Assembly (NCBI GenBank): GCA_964016885.1
Contig: OZ024741.1
Span: 258,912,001 to 258,976,000, forward strand
From: Eledone cirrhosa
Lineage: Eukaryota
Direction: 5' to 3'
DNA length: 64,000 nt
The notes beneath the pieces are model-generated. The model ran no database searches and was not told where the DNA came from. It saw nothing but the letters and a program-made list of their open reading frames with translations. The position numbers and the translations under genes were made by a program. Shown here in pieces: positions 40,772 through 55,629 of the stretch (position 1 is its first letter; every line of letters starts with the position of its first letter).

Positions 40772-41511
40772 AGATCAAAAGGTTGAATTTTATGTGCATA
40801 ACAAACACTCCCTGAAACATAAATAATAAACATGTAAAGTTTGAAAAAAATCGGTTGGGTACTTCTCGCATTTTAGGGATTCAAACTCACAGACACACAC
40901 ACACACACAGACAGACATCCTCAGGGAAGTGACGTAATGCAGACAGCCAGACATACAGACAGATATTATAAGGGCACGACGTTATATGTATCTATCTAAA
41001 AAGAGAAAGACTAAGAATTATAGAGAAAGATCGCTAAATCGCCTAATGTGGTCCCTAGGGCATTGAAAATTTGAAATATTTTTTGCTCAGAACACTCCCT
41101 GAAACATAAGTATTACATGTGTAAAGTTCGAAAACAGTCGGTTGGGTGGTTCTCGAGTTTTAAGGATTGAAACTCACACACAGACAGACATCCTCAGTTT
41201 TATATATATAGACTAGCAGAAAACCACCCGGTGAGCGGTTTTCTGCTAGCAAATCTAGTGTATATACTGATATTGTTGAGATTTGGATGAGAAATGTTTT
41301 TGGCACCACATGTTCACCGTCTCTCGGTGTGTCTTTTATGCATGTATAAATATATATGTTATCTATACGGTGAAATCTTTGAAATAAATATATGTTAAAA
41401 CGAAAAAGGAAAAAAAGAGATTAGTGACGGAAATATAAACGTTATGATATAACGATGGAAATATATAAACGTTTACGATAAAACGAAGGAAATAGAAACG
41501 TTTATATATAA
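40772..41511. repeat. A module copy 11
   Basis: Matches copy 5 variants; junction at 41212/41213. Confidence 0.95.
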
Positions 41512-43099
41512 TAAGCCGAAAGACTCGTAAGCAGAAACACTCGTAAGCCGAAACACTCATAAGTCGAAACACTCGTAAGTCGAAACACACGTAAGCCGAA
41601 ACACTGAAACACTCGTAAGCCGAAACACTCGTAAGTCGAAACACTCGTAAGCCGAAACACTCGTAAGCCGAAATAATCGTAAGTCAAAACATTCGTAAGC
41701 CGAAACACTCGTAAGTGGAAACACGCGTTAGCCGGAACACTCGTAAGTCGAAACACTCGTACGCCGAAACCCTCGTAAGTCGGAACACTCGTAACTCAGA
41801 ACACTCGTCAGTCAGAACACTCGTAAGTCGAAACACCCGTAAGTCAAAACACTCGTAAGTCGAAACACTCGTAAGTCAGAACACTCGTAGGTCAGAACAC
41901 TCGTAAGTCGAAACACTCGTATCGAAACACTCGTATGTCAAAACAACCGTAAGTCATAACACTCGTAAGACGAAACACTCGTAACTCGAAACACTCGTAA
42001 GTCGAAACACTCGTAAGTCGAAACACCCGTAAGTCAAAACACCCGTAAGTCATAACACTCCTAAGTCGAAACACTCTTAAGTCGAAACACCCGTAAGTCG
42101 AAACACACGTAAGTCAAAACACTCGTATGTCGAAACACTCGTAAGCCGAAACACCGTAAGTCAAAACACTCGTAAGTCGAAACACTCGTAAGTCGAAACA
42201 CTCGTAAGTCGAAACACTCGTAGGCCGAAACACTCGTAAGCCAAAACATTCGTAAGTCGAAACACTCGTAAGCCGAAACACTCGTAAGTCGAAACACTCG
42301 TAACCCGAAGCACTCGTAAGTCGAAACCCTCATAAGCCGAAACACTCGTAAGTCGGTAGACTCGTAAGTCAGAACACCCGTAAGTCAGAACACTCGTAAG
42401 TCAGAACACTCGTAAGTCAGAACACTCGTAAGTCAGAACACTCGTATCGAAACACTCGTATGTCAAAACACCCGTAAGTCAAAACACTCGTAAGTCGAAA
42501 CACTCGTAAGCCGAAACATTCGTAAGTCAAAACAATCGTAAGCCGAAACACTTGTAAGTCGAAACACCCGTAAGTCAGAACATTCGTAAGTCAAAACACT
42601 CGTAAGTCGAAACACTCGTAAGTCGAAACACTCGTAAGTCGAAACACGCGTAAGTCAGAACACTCGTAGGTCAGAACATTCGTAAGTCGAAACACTCGTA
42701 AGTCAGAACACTCGTAACACTCGTAAGTCGAAACACTCGTATCGAAACACTCGTATGTCAAAACACCCGTAAGTCATAACACTCGTAAGTCGAAACACTC
42801 GTAAGCAGAAACACCGTAAGTCAAAACACTCGTAAGTCAAAACACTCGTAAGTCGAAACACTCGTATGTCGAAACACTCGTAAGTCGGAACACTCGTAAG
42901 CCGAAACACTCGTAAGTCGGAACGCTCGTAAGTCGGAACACTCGTAAGTCAGAACACTCTTAAGTCGAAACACACGTAAGCCGAAACACCCGTAAGTCAA
43001 AACACTCTTAAGTCAAAACACTCGTAAGCCGAAACACACGTAAGTCAAAACACTCGTAAGTCGAAACACTCGTACGCCGAAACACTCGTAAAGCGAAAC

Positions 43100-43169
43100 G
43101 TATAAATAAAGATTAATGTAATGAATTTGAAAAGCATAGATATTTGAAACCGCGTCTATTTGTTATTTT
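43100..43169. repeat. B module copy 12
   Basis: Same 70-bp sequence. Confidence 0.95.
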
Positions 43170-44005
43170 CGTAAGTCGAAACACTCGTAAGCCGAAACAC
43201 TCGTAAGTCGAAACACTCGTAAGTCGAAACATTCGTAAGTCGAAACACTCGTAAGTCGAAACACTCGTAAGTCGAAACACGCGTAAGTCGAAACACCCGT
43301 AAGTTAAAACACTCGTAAGTCGAAACACTCGTAAGCCGAAACACCCGTAAGTCAGAACATTCGTAAGTCAAAACACTCGTAAGTCGAAACACTCGTAAGT
43401 CGAAACACTCGTAAGTCGAAACAGTCGTAAGTCGAAACACCCGTAAGTCAAAACACTCGTAAGTCAGAACACTCGTAAGTCGAAACACTCGTAAGTCAGA
43501 ACACTCGTAACACTCGTAAGTCGAAACACTCGTATCGAAACACTCGTATGTCAAAACTCCCGTAAGTCATAACACTCGTAAGTCGAAACACTCGTAAGCA
43601 GAAACACCGTAAGTCAAAACACTTGTAAGTCAAAACACTCGAAAGTCGAAACACTCGTAAGTCGAAACACTCGTAAGTCGAAACACTCGTAAGCAGAAAC
43701 ACCGTAAGTCAAAACACTCGTAAGTCAAAACACTCGAAAGTCGAAACACTCGTAAGTCGAAACACTCGTAAGCCGAAACACTCGTAAGTCGAAACACTCG
43801 TAAGTCGTAAAAACTCGTAAGTCGAAACACTCGTAAGTCGAAACACTCGTAAGCCGAAACACTCGTAAGCCGAAACACTCGTAAGTCGGAACACTCGTAA
43901 GTCAGAACGCTCGTAAGTCAGATCACTCGTAAGTCAGAACACTCGTAAGTCAGAACACTCGTAAGTCGAAACACTCGTATCGAAACACTCGTAAGTCAAA
44001 ACACC

Positions 44006-44746
44006 AGATCAAAAGGTTGAATTTTATGTGCATAACAAACACTCCCTGAAACATAAGTAATAAACATGTAAAGTTTGAAAAAAATCGGTTGGGTACTTCT
44101 CGCATTTTAGGGATTCAAATTCACAGACACACACACACACAGACAGACATCCTCAGGGAAGTGACGTAATGCAGACAGCCAGACATACAGACAGATATTA
44201 TAAGGGCACGACGTTATATGTATGTATCTATCTAAAAAGAGAAAGACTAAGAATTATAGAGCGAGATCGCTAAATCGCCTAATGTGGTCCCTAGGGCATT
44301 GAAAATTTGAAATATTTTTTGCTCAGAACACTCCCTGAAACATAAGTATTACATGTGTAAAGTTCGAAAACAGTCGGTTGGGTTGTTCTTGAGTTTTAAG
44401 GATTGAAACTCACACACAGACAGACATCCTCAGTTTTATATATATAGACTAGCAGAAAACCACCCGGTGAGCGGTTTTCTGCTAGCAAATCTAGTGTATA
44501 TACTGATATTGTTGAGATTTGGATGAGAAATGTTTTTGGCACCACATGTTCAAGCGTCTCTCGGTGTGTCTTTTATGCATGTATAAATATATGTTATCTA
44601 TACGGTGAAATCTTTGAAATAAATATATGTTAAAACGAAAAAGGAGAAAAAGAGATTAGTGACGGAAATATAAACGTTATGATATAACGATGGAAATATA
44701 TAAACGTTTACGATAAAACGATGGAAATAGAAACGTTTATATATAA
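44006..44746. repeat. A module copy 12
   Basis: Matches copy 7 (offset 18114); junction at 44448/44449. Confidence 0.95.
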
Positions 44747-45928
44747 TAAGCCGAAAGACTCGTAAGCTGAAACACTCGTAAGCCGAAACACTCATAAGTC
44801 GAAACACTCGTAAGTCGAAACACACGTAAGCCGAAACACTGAAACACTCGTAAGCCGAAACACTCGTAAGTCGAAACACTCGTAAGCCGAAACACTCGTA
44901 AGCCGAAACACTCGTAAGCCGAAATACTCGTAAGTCAAAACACTCGTATGTCGAAACACTCGTAAACCGAAACACTCGTAAGTCGGAACACTCGTAAGTC
45001 AGAACACTCGTAAGTCAGAACACTCGTAAGTCGAAACACTCATAAGTCGAAACACTCGTAAGTCGAAACACCCGTAAGTCGAAACACCCGTAAGTTGAAA
45101 CACTCGTATGTCGAATAACTCGTAAGCCGAAACACCGTAAGTCAAAACACTCGTAAGTCGAAACACTCGTAAGTCGAAACACCCATAAGCCGAAACACTC
45201 GTAAGCCAAAACATTCGTAAGTCGAAACACTCGTAAACCGAAACACTCGTAAGCCAAAACATTCGTAAGTCGAAACACTCGTAAGTCGAAACACCCATAG
45301 CCGAAACACTCGTAAGTCGGAACACACGTAAGTCAGAACACCCGTAAGTCAGAACACTCGTAAATCAGAACACTCGTAAGTCAGAACACTCGTAAGTCAG
45401 AGCACTCGTATCGAAACACTCGTATGTCAAAACACCCGTAAGTCAAAACACTCGTAAGTCGAAACACTCGTAAGCCGAAACACCGTAAGCCAAAACACTC
45501 GTAAGTCGAAACACCCGTAAGTCGGAACACTCGTAAGTCGAAACAATCGTATGTCAAAACACCCCTAAGTCATAACACTCGTAAGTCGAAACACTCGTAA
45601 GCAGAAACACCGTAAGTCAAATCACTCGTAAGTCAAAACACTCGAAAGTCGAAACACTCGTAAGTCGAAACACTCGTAAGTCGAAACACTCGTAAGCCGA
45701 AACACTCGTAAGTCGAAACACTCGTAAGTCGTAACACTCGTAAGTCGAAACACTCGTAAGCCGAAACACTCGTAAGCTGAAACAATCGTAAGTCGGAACA
45801 CTAGTAAGTCAGAACGCTCGTAAGTCAGAACACTCGTAAGTCAGAACACTCGTAAGTCAGAACACTCGTAAGTCAGAACACTCGTAAGTCGAAACACTCG
45901 TATCGAAACACTCGTAAGTCAAAACACC

Positions 45929-46666
45929 AGATCAAAAGGTTGAATTTTATGTGCATAACAAACACTCCCTGAAACATAAATAATAAACATTTAAATTTTG
46001 AAAAAAATCGGTTGGGTACTTCTCGCATTTTAGGGATTCAAACTCAGACACACACACACACACAGACAGACATCCTCAGGGAATTGACGTAATGCAGACA
46101 GCCAGACATACAGACAGATATTATAAGGGCACGACGTTATATGTATCTATCTAAAAAGAGAAAGACTAAGAATTATAGAGAGAGATCGCTAAATCGCCTA
46201 ATGTGGTCCCTAGGGCATTGAAAATTTGAAATATTTTTTGCTCAGAACACTCCCTGAAACATAAGTATTACATGTGTAAAGTTCGAAAACAGTCGGTTGG
46301 GTGGTTCTCGAGTTTTAAGGATTGAAACTCACACACAGACAGACATCCTCAGTTTTATATATATAGACTAGCAGAAAACCACCCGGTGAGCGGTTTTCTG
46401 CTAGCAAATCTAGTGTATATACTGATATTGTTGAGATTTGGATGAGAAATGTTTTTGGCACCACATGTTCACCGTCTCTCGGTGTGTCTTTTATGCATGT
46501 ATAAATATATATGTTATCTATACGGTGAAATCTTTGAAATAAATATATGTTAAAACGAAAAAGGAAAAAAAGAGATTAGTGACGGAAATATAAACGTTAT
46601 GATATAACGATGGAAATATATAAACGTTTACGATAAAACGAAGGAAATAGAAACGTTTATATATAA
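45929..46666. repeat. A module copy 13
   Basis: Matches copy 8 (offset 18114); junction at 46367/46368. Confidence 0.95.
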
Positions 46667-48327
46667 TAAGCCGAAAGACTCGTAAGCCGAAACACTCGTA
46701 AGCCGAAACACTCATAAGTCGAAACACTCGTAAGTCGAAACACACGTAAGCCGAAACACTGAAACACTCGTAAGCCGAAACACTCGTAAGTCGAAACACT
46801 CGTAAGCCGAAACACTCGTAAGCCGAAACACTCGTAAGCCGAAATACTCGTAAGTCAAAACATTCTTAAGCCGAAACACTCGTAAGTGGAAACACGCGTT
46901 AGCCGGAACACTCGTAAGTCGAAACACTCGTACGCCGAAACCCTCGTAAGTCGGAACACTCGTAACTCAGAACACTCGTCAGTCAGAACACTCGTAAGTC
47001 GAAACACCCGTAAGTCAAAACACTCGTAAGTCGAAACACTCGTAAGTCAGAACACTCGTAGGTCAGAACACTCGTAAGTCGAAACACTCGTTAGTCAGAA
47101 CACTCGTAACACTCGTAAGTCGAAACACTCGTATCGAAACACTCGTATGACAAAACAACCGTAAGTCATAACACTCGTAAGACGAAACACTCGTAACTCG
47201 AAACACTCGTAAGTCGAAACACTCGTAAGTCGAAACACCCGTAAGTCAAAACACCCGTAAGTCATAACACTCGTAAGTCGAAACACTCTTAAGTCGAAAC
47301 ACCCGTAAGTCGAAACACACGTAAGTCAAAACACTCGTATGTCGAAACACTCGTAAGCCGAAACACCGTAAGTCAAAACACTCGTAAGTCGAAACACTCG
47401 TAAGTCGAAACACTCGTAAGTCGAAACACTCGTAAGCCGAAACACTCGTAAGCCAAAACATTCGTAAGTCGAAACACTCGTAAGCCGAAACACTCGTAAG
47501 TCGAAACACTCGTAAGCCGAAGCACTCGTAAGTCGAGACCCTCATAAGCCGAAATACTCGTAAGTCGGAAGACTCGTAAGTCAGAACACCCGTAAGTCAG
47601 AACACTCGTACGTCAGAACACTCGTAAGTCAGAACACTCGTAAGTCAGAACACTCGTATCGAAACACTCGTATGTAAAAACACCCGTAAGTCAAAACACT
47701 CGTAAGTCGAAACACTCGTAAGCCGAAACATTCGTAAGCCAAAACAATCGTAAGTCAAAACAATCGTAAGCCGAAACACTTGTAAGTCGAAACACCCGTA
47801 AGTCAGAACATTCGTAAGTCAAAACATTCGTAAGTCGAAACACTCGTAAGTCGAAACACTCGTAAGTCGAAACACGCGTAAGTCAGAACACTCGTAGGTC
47901 AGAACATTCGTAAGTCAAAACACTCGTAAGTCAGAACACTCGTAACAGTCGTAAGTCGAAACACTCGTATCGAAACACTCGTATGTCAAAACACCCGTAA
48001 GTCATAACACTCGTAAGTCGAAACACTCGTAAGCAGAAACACCGTAAGTCAAAACACTCGTAAGTCAAAACACTCGTAAGTCGAAACACTCGTATGTCGA
48101 AACACTCGTAAGTCGGAACACTCGTAAGCCGAAACACTCGTAAGTCGGAACGCTCGTAAGTCGGAACACTCGTAAGTCAGAACACTCTTAAGTCGAAACA
48201 CTCGTAAGCCGAAACACCCGTAAGTCAAAACACTCTTAAGTCAAAACACTCGTAAGCCGAAACACACGTAAGTCAAAACACTCGTAAGTCGAAACACTCG
48301 TACGCCGAAACACTCGTAAAGCGAAAC

Positions 48328-48397
48328 GTATAAATAAAGATTAATGTAATGAATTTGAAAAGCATAGATATTTGAAACCGCGTCTATTTGTTATTTT
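48328..48397. repeat. B module copy 13
   Basis: Same 70-bp sequence. Confidence 0.95.
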
Positions 48398-49297
48398 CGT
48401 AAGTCGAAACACTCGTAAGCCGAAACACTCGTAAGTCGAAACACTCGTAAGTCGGAACATTCGTAAGTCGAAACACTCGTAAGTCGAAACACTCGTAAGT
48501 CGAAACACGCGTAAGTCGAAACACCCGTAAGTTAAAACACTCGTAAGTCGAAACACTCGTAAGCCGAAACACCCGTAAGTCAGAACATTCGTAAGTCAAA
48601 ACACTCGTAAGTCGAAACACTCGTAAGTCGAAACACTCGTAAGTCGAAACACTCGTAAGTCGAAACACCCGTAAGTCAAAACACTCGTAAGTCAGAACAC
48701 TCGTAGGTCAGAACACTCGTAAGTCGAAACACTCGTAAGTCAGAACACTCGTAACACTCGTAAGTCGAAACACTCGTATCGAAACACTCCTATGTCAAAA
48801 CACCCGTAAGTCATAACACTCGTAAGTCGAAACACTCGTAAGCAGAAACACCGTAAGTCAAAACACTTGTAAGTCAAAACACTCGAAAGTCGAAACACTC
48901 GTAAGTCGAAACACTCGTAAGTCGAAACACTCGTAAGCAGAAACACCGTAAGTCAAAACACTCGTAAGTCAAAACACTCGAAAGTCGAAACACTCGTAAG
49001 TCGAAACACTCGTAAGCCGAAACACTCGTAAGTCGAAACACTCGTAAGTCGTAAAAACTCGTAAGTCGAAACACTCGTAAGTCGAAACACTCGTAAGCCG
49101 AAACACTCGTAAGCCGAAACACTCGTAAGTCGGAACACTCGTAAGTCAGAACGCTCGTAAGTCAGATCACTCGTAAGTCAGAACACTCGTAAGTCAGAAC
49201 ACTCGTAAGTCAGAACACTCGTAAGTCAGAACACTCGTAAGTCAGAACACTCGTAAGTCGAAACACTCGTATCGAAACACTCGTAAGTCAAAACACC

Positions 49298-50036
49298 AGA
49301 TCAAAAGGTTGAATTTTATGTGCATAACAAACACTCCCTGAAACATAAGTAATAAACATGTAAAGTTTGAAAAAAATCGGTTGGGTACTTCTCGCATTTT
49401 AGGGATTCAAACTCACAGACACACACACACACAGACAGACATCCTCAGGGAAGTGACGTAATGCAGACAGCCAGACATACAGACAGATATTATAAGGGCA
49501 CGACGTTATATGTATGTATCTATCTAAAAAGAGAAAGACTAAGAATTATAGAGCGAGATCGCTAAATCGCCTAATGTGGTCCCTAGGGCATTGAAAATTT
49601 GAAATATTTTTTGCTCAGAACACTCCCTGAACAATAAGTATTACATGTGTAAAGTTCGAAAACAGTCGGTTGGGTTGTTCTCGAGTTTTAAGGATTGAAA
49701 CTCACACACAGACAGACATCCTCAGTTTTATATATATAGACTAGCAGAAAACCACCCGGTGAGCGGTTTTCTGCTAGCAAATCTAGTGTATATACTGATA
49801 TTGTTGAGATTTGGATGAGAAATGTTTTTGGCACCACATGTTCAAGCGTCTCTCGGTGTGTCTTTTATGCATGTATAAATATATGTTATCTATACGGTGA
49901 AATCTTTGAAATAAATATGTTAAAACGAAAAAGGAGAAAAAGAGATTAGTGACGGAAATATAAACGTTATGATATAACGATGGAAATATATAAACGTTTA
50001 CGATAAAACGATGGAAATAGAAACGTTTATATATAA
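49298..50036. repeat. A module copy 14
   Basis: Matches copy 9 (offset 18114); junction at 49740/49741. Confidence 0.95.
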
Positions 50037-52143
50037 TAAGCCGAAAGACTCGTAAGCTGAAACACTCGTAAGCCGAAACACTCATAAGTCGAAACACTCG
50101 TAAGTCGAAACACACGTAAGCCGAAACACTGAAACACTCGTAAGCCGAAACACTCGTAAGTCGAAACACTCGTAAGCCGAAACACTCGTAAGCCGAAACA
50201 CTCGTGAGCCGAAATACTCGTAAGTCAAAACATTCGTAAGCCGAAACACTCGTAAGTGGAAACACGCGTAAGCCGGAACACTCGTAAGTCGAAACACTCG
50301 TACGCCGAAACACTCGTAAGTCGGAACACTCGTAAGTCGAAACACCGTAAGTCAAAACACTCGTATGTCGAAACATCCGTAAATCAGAACACTCGTAAGT
50401 CAAAACACTCGTAAGTCGAAACACTCGTAAGCCAAAAATACTCGTAAGTCGAAACACCCTTAAGTCAAAACACTCGTAAGTCGAAACACTCGTAAGCCGA
50501 AACACCCGTAAGTCAAAACACCCGTAAGTCGAAACACTCGTAAGTCGAAACACTCGTACGCCGAAACACTCGTAAGTAAAAACATTAGTAAGTCGAAACA
50601 CTCGTAAGCCGAAAGACTCGTAAGTCGAAACACTCGTAAGTCGAAACACCCGTAAGTCAAAACATTCGTAAGTCAAAACACTCGTAAGTCGAAACACTCG
50701 TAAGTAGAAACACTCGTAAGTCAAATCTCTCGTACGCCGAAACACTCGTAAGTAAAAACATTAGTAAGTCGAAACACTCGTAAGCCGAAACACTCATAAG
50801 TCGAAACACTCGTAAGCCGAAACACCCGTAAGTCAAAACATTCGTAAGTCAAAACACTCGTAAGTCGAAACACCCGTAAGTCAAAACACTCGTATGTCGA
50901 AACACTCGTAAGCCGAAACAACGTAAGTAAAAACACTCGTAAGTCGAAACACCCATAAGTCGAAACACTCGTAAGCCGAAACACTCGTAAGTCGAAACAC
51001 TCATAAGCCGAAACACTCGTAAGTCGGAACACTCGTAAATCAGAACACCCGCAAGTCAGAACACTCGTAAATCAGAACACTCTTAAGTCGAAACTCACGT
51101 ACGCCGAAACACTCTTAAGTCGAAACACTCGTAAGTCGAAACATCCTTAAGTCGAAACACTCGTAAGTCGAAACACTCGTAAGTCGAAACACCCGTAAGT
51201 CGAAACACCCGTAAGTCAAAACACTCGTATGTCGAAACACTCGTAAACCGAAACACTCGTAAGTCGGAACACTCGTAAGTCAGAACACTCGTAAGTCAGA
51301 ACACTCGTAAGTCGAAACACTCATAAGTCGAAACACTCGTAAGTCGAAACACCCGTAAGTCGAAACACCCGTAAGTCGAAACACTCGTATGTCGAATAAC
51401 TCGTAAGCCGAAACACCGTAAGTCAAAACACTCGTAAGTCGAAACACTCGTAAGTCGAAACACCCATAAGCCAAAACACTCGTAAGCCAAAACATTCGTA
51501 AGTCGAAACACTCGTAAACCGAAACACTCGTAAGCCAAAACATTCGTAAGTCGAAACACTCGTAAGTCGAAACACCCATAGCCGAAACACTGGTAAGTCG
51601 GAACACACGTAAGTCAGAACACCCGTAAGTCAGAACACTCGTAAGTCAGCACACTCGTAAGTCAGAACACTCGTAAGTCAGAGCACTCGTATCGAAACAC
51701 TCGTATGTCAAAACACCCTTAAGTCAAAACACTCGTACGTCGAAACACTCGTAAGCCGAAACACCGTAAGCCAAAACACTCGTAAGTCGAAACACCCGTA
51801 AGTCGGAACACTCGTAAGTCGAAACACTCGTAAGTCGAAACACTCGTAAGCCGAAACACTCGTAAGCCGAAACACTCGTAAGTCGAAACACTCGTATCGA
51901 AACACTCGTAAGTCGAAACACACTTAAGTCAAAACACTCGTAAGCCAAAACACTCGTAAGTCGAAACACTCGTAAGTCGGAACACTCGTAAGTCAGAACA
52001 CTCGTAAGTCAGAACACTCGTAAGTGGAAACACGCGTAAGTCGAAAGACCCGTAAGTCAAAAATCTCGTAAGTCAAAACACTCGTAAGCCGAAACACTCG
52101 TAAGTCGAAACACTCGTAAGTCGAAACATTCGTAAAGCGAAAC

Positions 52144-52213
52144 GTATAAATAAAGTTTAATGTAATGAACTTGAAAAGCATAGATATTTGAAACCGCGTC
52201 TATTTGTTATTTT
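52144..52213. repeat. B module copy 14
   Basis: Same 70-bp sequence. Confidence 0.95.
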
Positions 52214-53534
52214 CGTAAGTCGAAACACTCGTAAGTCAGAACACTCGTAAGTCAGAACACTCTTAAGTCAGAACACTCGTATCGAAACACACGTATGTCA
52301 AAACACCCGTAAGTCAAAACACTCGTAAGTCGAAACACTCGTAAGTCGAAACACTCGTAAGCCGAAACAATCGTAAGTCAAAACACTCTTAAGTCGAAAC
52401 ACTCGTAAGCCGAAAATACTCGTAAGTCGGAACACCCGTAAGCCGAAACCCTCGTAGGTCGGAACACTCGTAAGTCGAAACACTCGTAAGTCGAAACACC
52501 CGTAAGTCGGAACACTCGTAAGTCAGAATACTCGTAAGTCGAAACACTCGTAAACCGGAACACCCGTAAGGCAAAACATTCGCAAGTCAAAACACTCGTA
52601 AGTCGAAACACTCGTAAGCCGAAACACTCGTAAGTCGAAACACTCGTAAGTCGAAACACTCGTAAGTCGAAAAACTCGTAAGTCAGTGCACCCGTAAGTC
52701 AGAACACTCGTAGTCAGAACACTCGTAAGTCGAAACACTCGTAAGTCGAAACACCCGTAAGTCGAAACATCCGTAAGTCAAAACACTCGTATGTCGAAAC
52801 ACTCGTAAGCCGAAACACTCGTAAGTCGGAACACTCGCAAGTCAGAACACTCGTAAGTCAGAACACTCGTAAGTCGAAACACTCGTAAGTCGAAACACTC
52901 GTAAGTCGAAACGCCCGTAAGTCAAAACACTCGTATGTCGAAACACTCGCAAGCCGAAAAACCGTAAGTCAAAACACTCGTAAGTCGAAACACTCGTAAG
53001 TCGAAACACTCGTAAGCCGAAACACTCGTAAGCGAAAACATTCGTAAGTCGAAACACTCGTAACCCGAAACACTCGTAAGTCGAAACACTCGAAAGCCGA
53101 AACACTCGTAAGTCGAAACACTCATAAGCCGAAACACTCGTAAGTCGGAACACTCGTAAGTCAGAACACCCGTAAGTCAGAACACTCGTAGTCAGAACAC
53201 TCGTAAGTCGAAACACTCGTAAGCCGAAACACTCGCAAGTCGAAGCACTCGTAATCCGAAACACTCTTAAGTCGAAACACTCGTAAGTCGGAACACTCGT
53301 AAGTCAGAACACTCGTAAGTCAGAACACTCGTAAGTCGAAACACTCGTAAGCCGAAACATCCGTAAGTCAAAACATCCGTAAGTCAAAACACTCGTAAGC
53401 CGAAACACTCGCAAGTCGAAGCACTCGTAATCCGAAACACATGTAAGTCAAAACACTCGTAAGTCAAAACACTCGTAAGCCGAAACACTCGTAAGTCGAA
53501 ACACTCGTAAGTCGAAACACTCGTAAAGCGAAAC

Positions 53535-53604
53535 GTATAAATAAAGATTAATGTAATGAATTTGAAAAGCATAGAGATTTGAAACCGCGTCTATTTGTTA
53601 TTTT
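53535..53604. repeat. B module copy 15
   Basis: Same 70-bp sequence (ATAGAGATTT subtype). Confidence 0.95.
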
Positions 53605-54891
53605 CGTAAGTCGAAACACTCGTAAGCCGAAACACTCGTGAGCCGAAACACTCGTAAGTCGGAACACTCGTAAGTCAGAACACTCGTAAGTCAGAACACT
53701 CGTAAGTTAGAACACTCGTAAGTCAGAACACTCGTAAGTCAGAACACTCGTAAGTCAGAACACTCGTAAGTCGAAACACTCGTATCGAAACACTCGTATG
53801 TCAAAACACCAGTAAGTCAAAACACTCGTAAGTCGAAACACTCGTAAGCCGAAACACTGTAAGTCAAAACACTCGTAAGTCGAAACACTCGTAAGTCGAA
53901 ACACTCGTAAGCCGAAACACTCGTAAGCCGAAACACTCGTAAGTCGGAACACTCGTAAGTCAGAACACTCATAAGTCAGAACACTCGTAAGTCAGAACAC
54001 TCGTAAGTCGAAACACTCGTAAGCCGAAACACCGTAAGTCGAAACACCCGTATGTCGAAACACTCGTAAGCCGAAACACTCGTAAGTCGAAACACCCGTA
54101 GTTGAAACACTCGTAAGTCGAAACACCCGTAAGTCGAAACACTCGTAAGTCGAAACACTCGTAAGCCGAAACACTCGTAAGTCGAAACACTCATATGCCG
54201 AAACACTCGTAAGTCGAAACACTCGTAAGTCAGAACACTCGTAGTCAGAACACTCGTAAGTCAAACCACTCGTAAGCCGAAACACTCGTAAGTCGAAACA
54301 CTCGTAAGTCAAAACACTCGTAAGTCGAAAAACTCGTAAGCCGGAACACTCGTAAGTCAGAACACTCGTAAGTCAGAACACTCGTAAGTCGAAACACTCG
54401 TAAGCCGAAACACCCGTAAGTCGAAACATTCGTAAGTCGAAACACCCGTAAGTCGAAACAGTCGTAAGTCGAAACAGCCGTAAGTCGAAACACTCGTAAG
54501 TCGAAACACTCGTAAGTCGAAACACCGTAAGTCAAAACACTCGTATGTCGAAACATCCGTAAATCAGAACACTCCTAAGTCAAAACACTCGAAAGTCGAA
54601 ACACTCGTAAGTCGAAACACTCGTAAGTCGAAACACTCGTAAGCCGAAACACTCGTAAATCGAAACACTCGTAAGTCGTAACACTCGTAAGTCGAAACAC
54701 TCGTAAGCCGAAACACTCGTAAGCCGAAACACTCGTAAGTCGGAACACTCGTAAGTCAGAACGCTCGTAAGTCAGAACACTCGTAAGTCAGAACACTCGT
54801 AAGTCAGAACACTCGTAAGTCAGAACACTCGTAAGTCAGAACACTCGTAAGTCGAAACACTCGTATCGAAACACTCGTAAGTCAAAACACC

Positions 54892-55629
54892 AGATCAAAA
54901 GGTTGAATTTTATGTGCATAACAAACACTCCCTGAAACAAATAATAAACATGTAAAGTTTGAAAAAAATCGGTTGGGTACTTCTCGCATTTTAGGGATTC
55001 AAACTCACAGACACACACACACACACAGACAGACATCCTCAGGGAAGTGACGTAATGCAGACAGCCAGACATACAGACAGATATTATAAGGGCACGACGT
55101 TATATGTATCTATCTAAAAAGAGAAAGACTAAGAATTATAGAGAGAGATCGCTAAATCGCCTAATGTGGTCCCTAGGGCATTGAAAATTTGAAATATTTT
55201 TTGCTCAGAACACTCCCTGAAACATAAGTATTACATGTGTAAAGTTCGAAAACAGTCGGTTGGGTGGTTCTCGAGTTTTAACGATTGAAACTCACACACA
55301 GACAGACATCCTCAGTTTTATATATATAGACTAGCAGAAAACCACCCGGTGAGCGGTTTTCTGCTAGCAAATCTAGTGTATATACTGATATTGTTGAGAT
55401 TTGGATGAGAAATGTTTTTGGCACCACATGTTCACCGTCTCTCGGTGTGTCTTTTATGCATGTATAAATATATATGTTATCTATACGGTGAAATCTTTGA
55501 AATAAATATATGTTAAAACGAAAAAGGAAAAAAAGAGATTAGTGACGGAAATATAAACGTTATGATATAACGATGGAAATATATAAACGTTTACGATAAA
55601 ACGAAGGAAATAGAAACGTTTATATATAA
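54892..55629. repeat. A module copy 15
   Basis: Matches copy 10 (offset 18114); junction at 55330/55331. Confidence 0.95.
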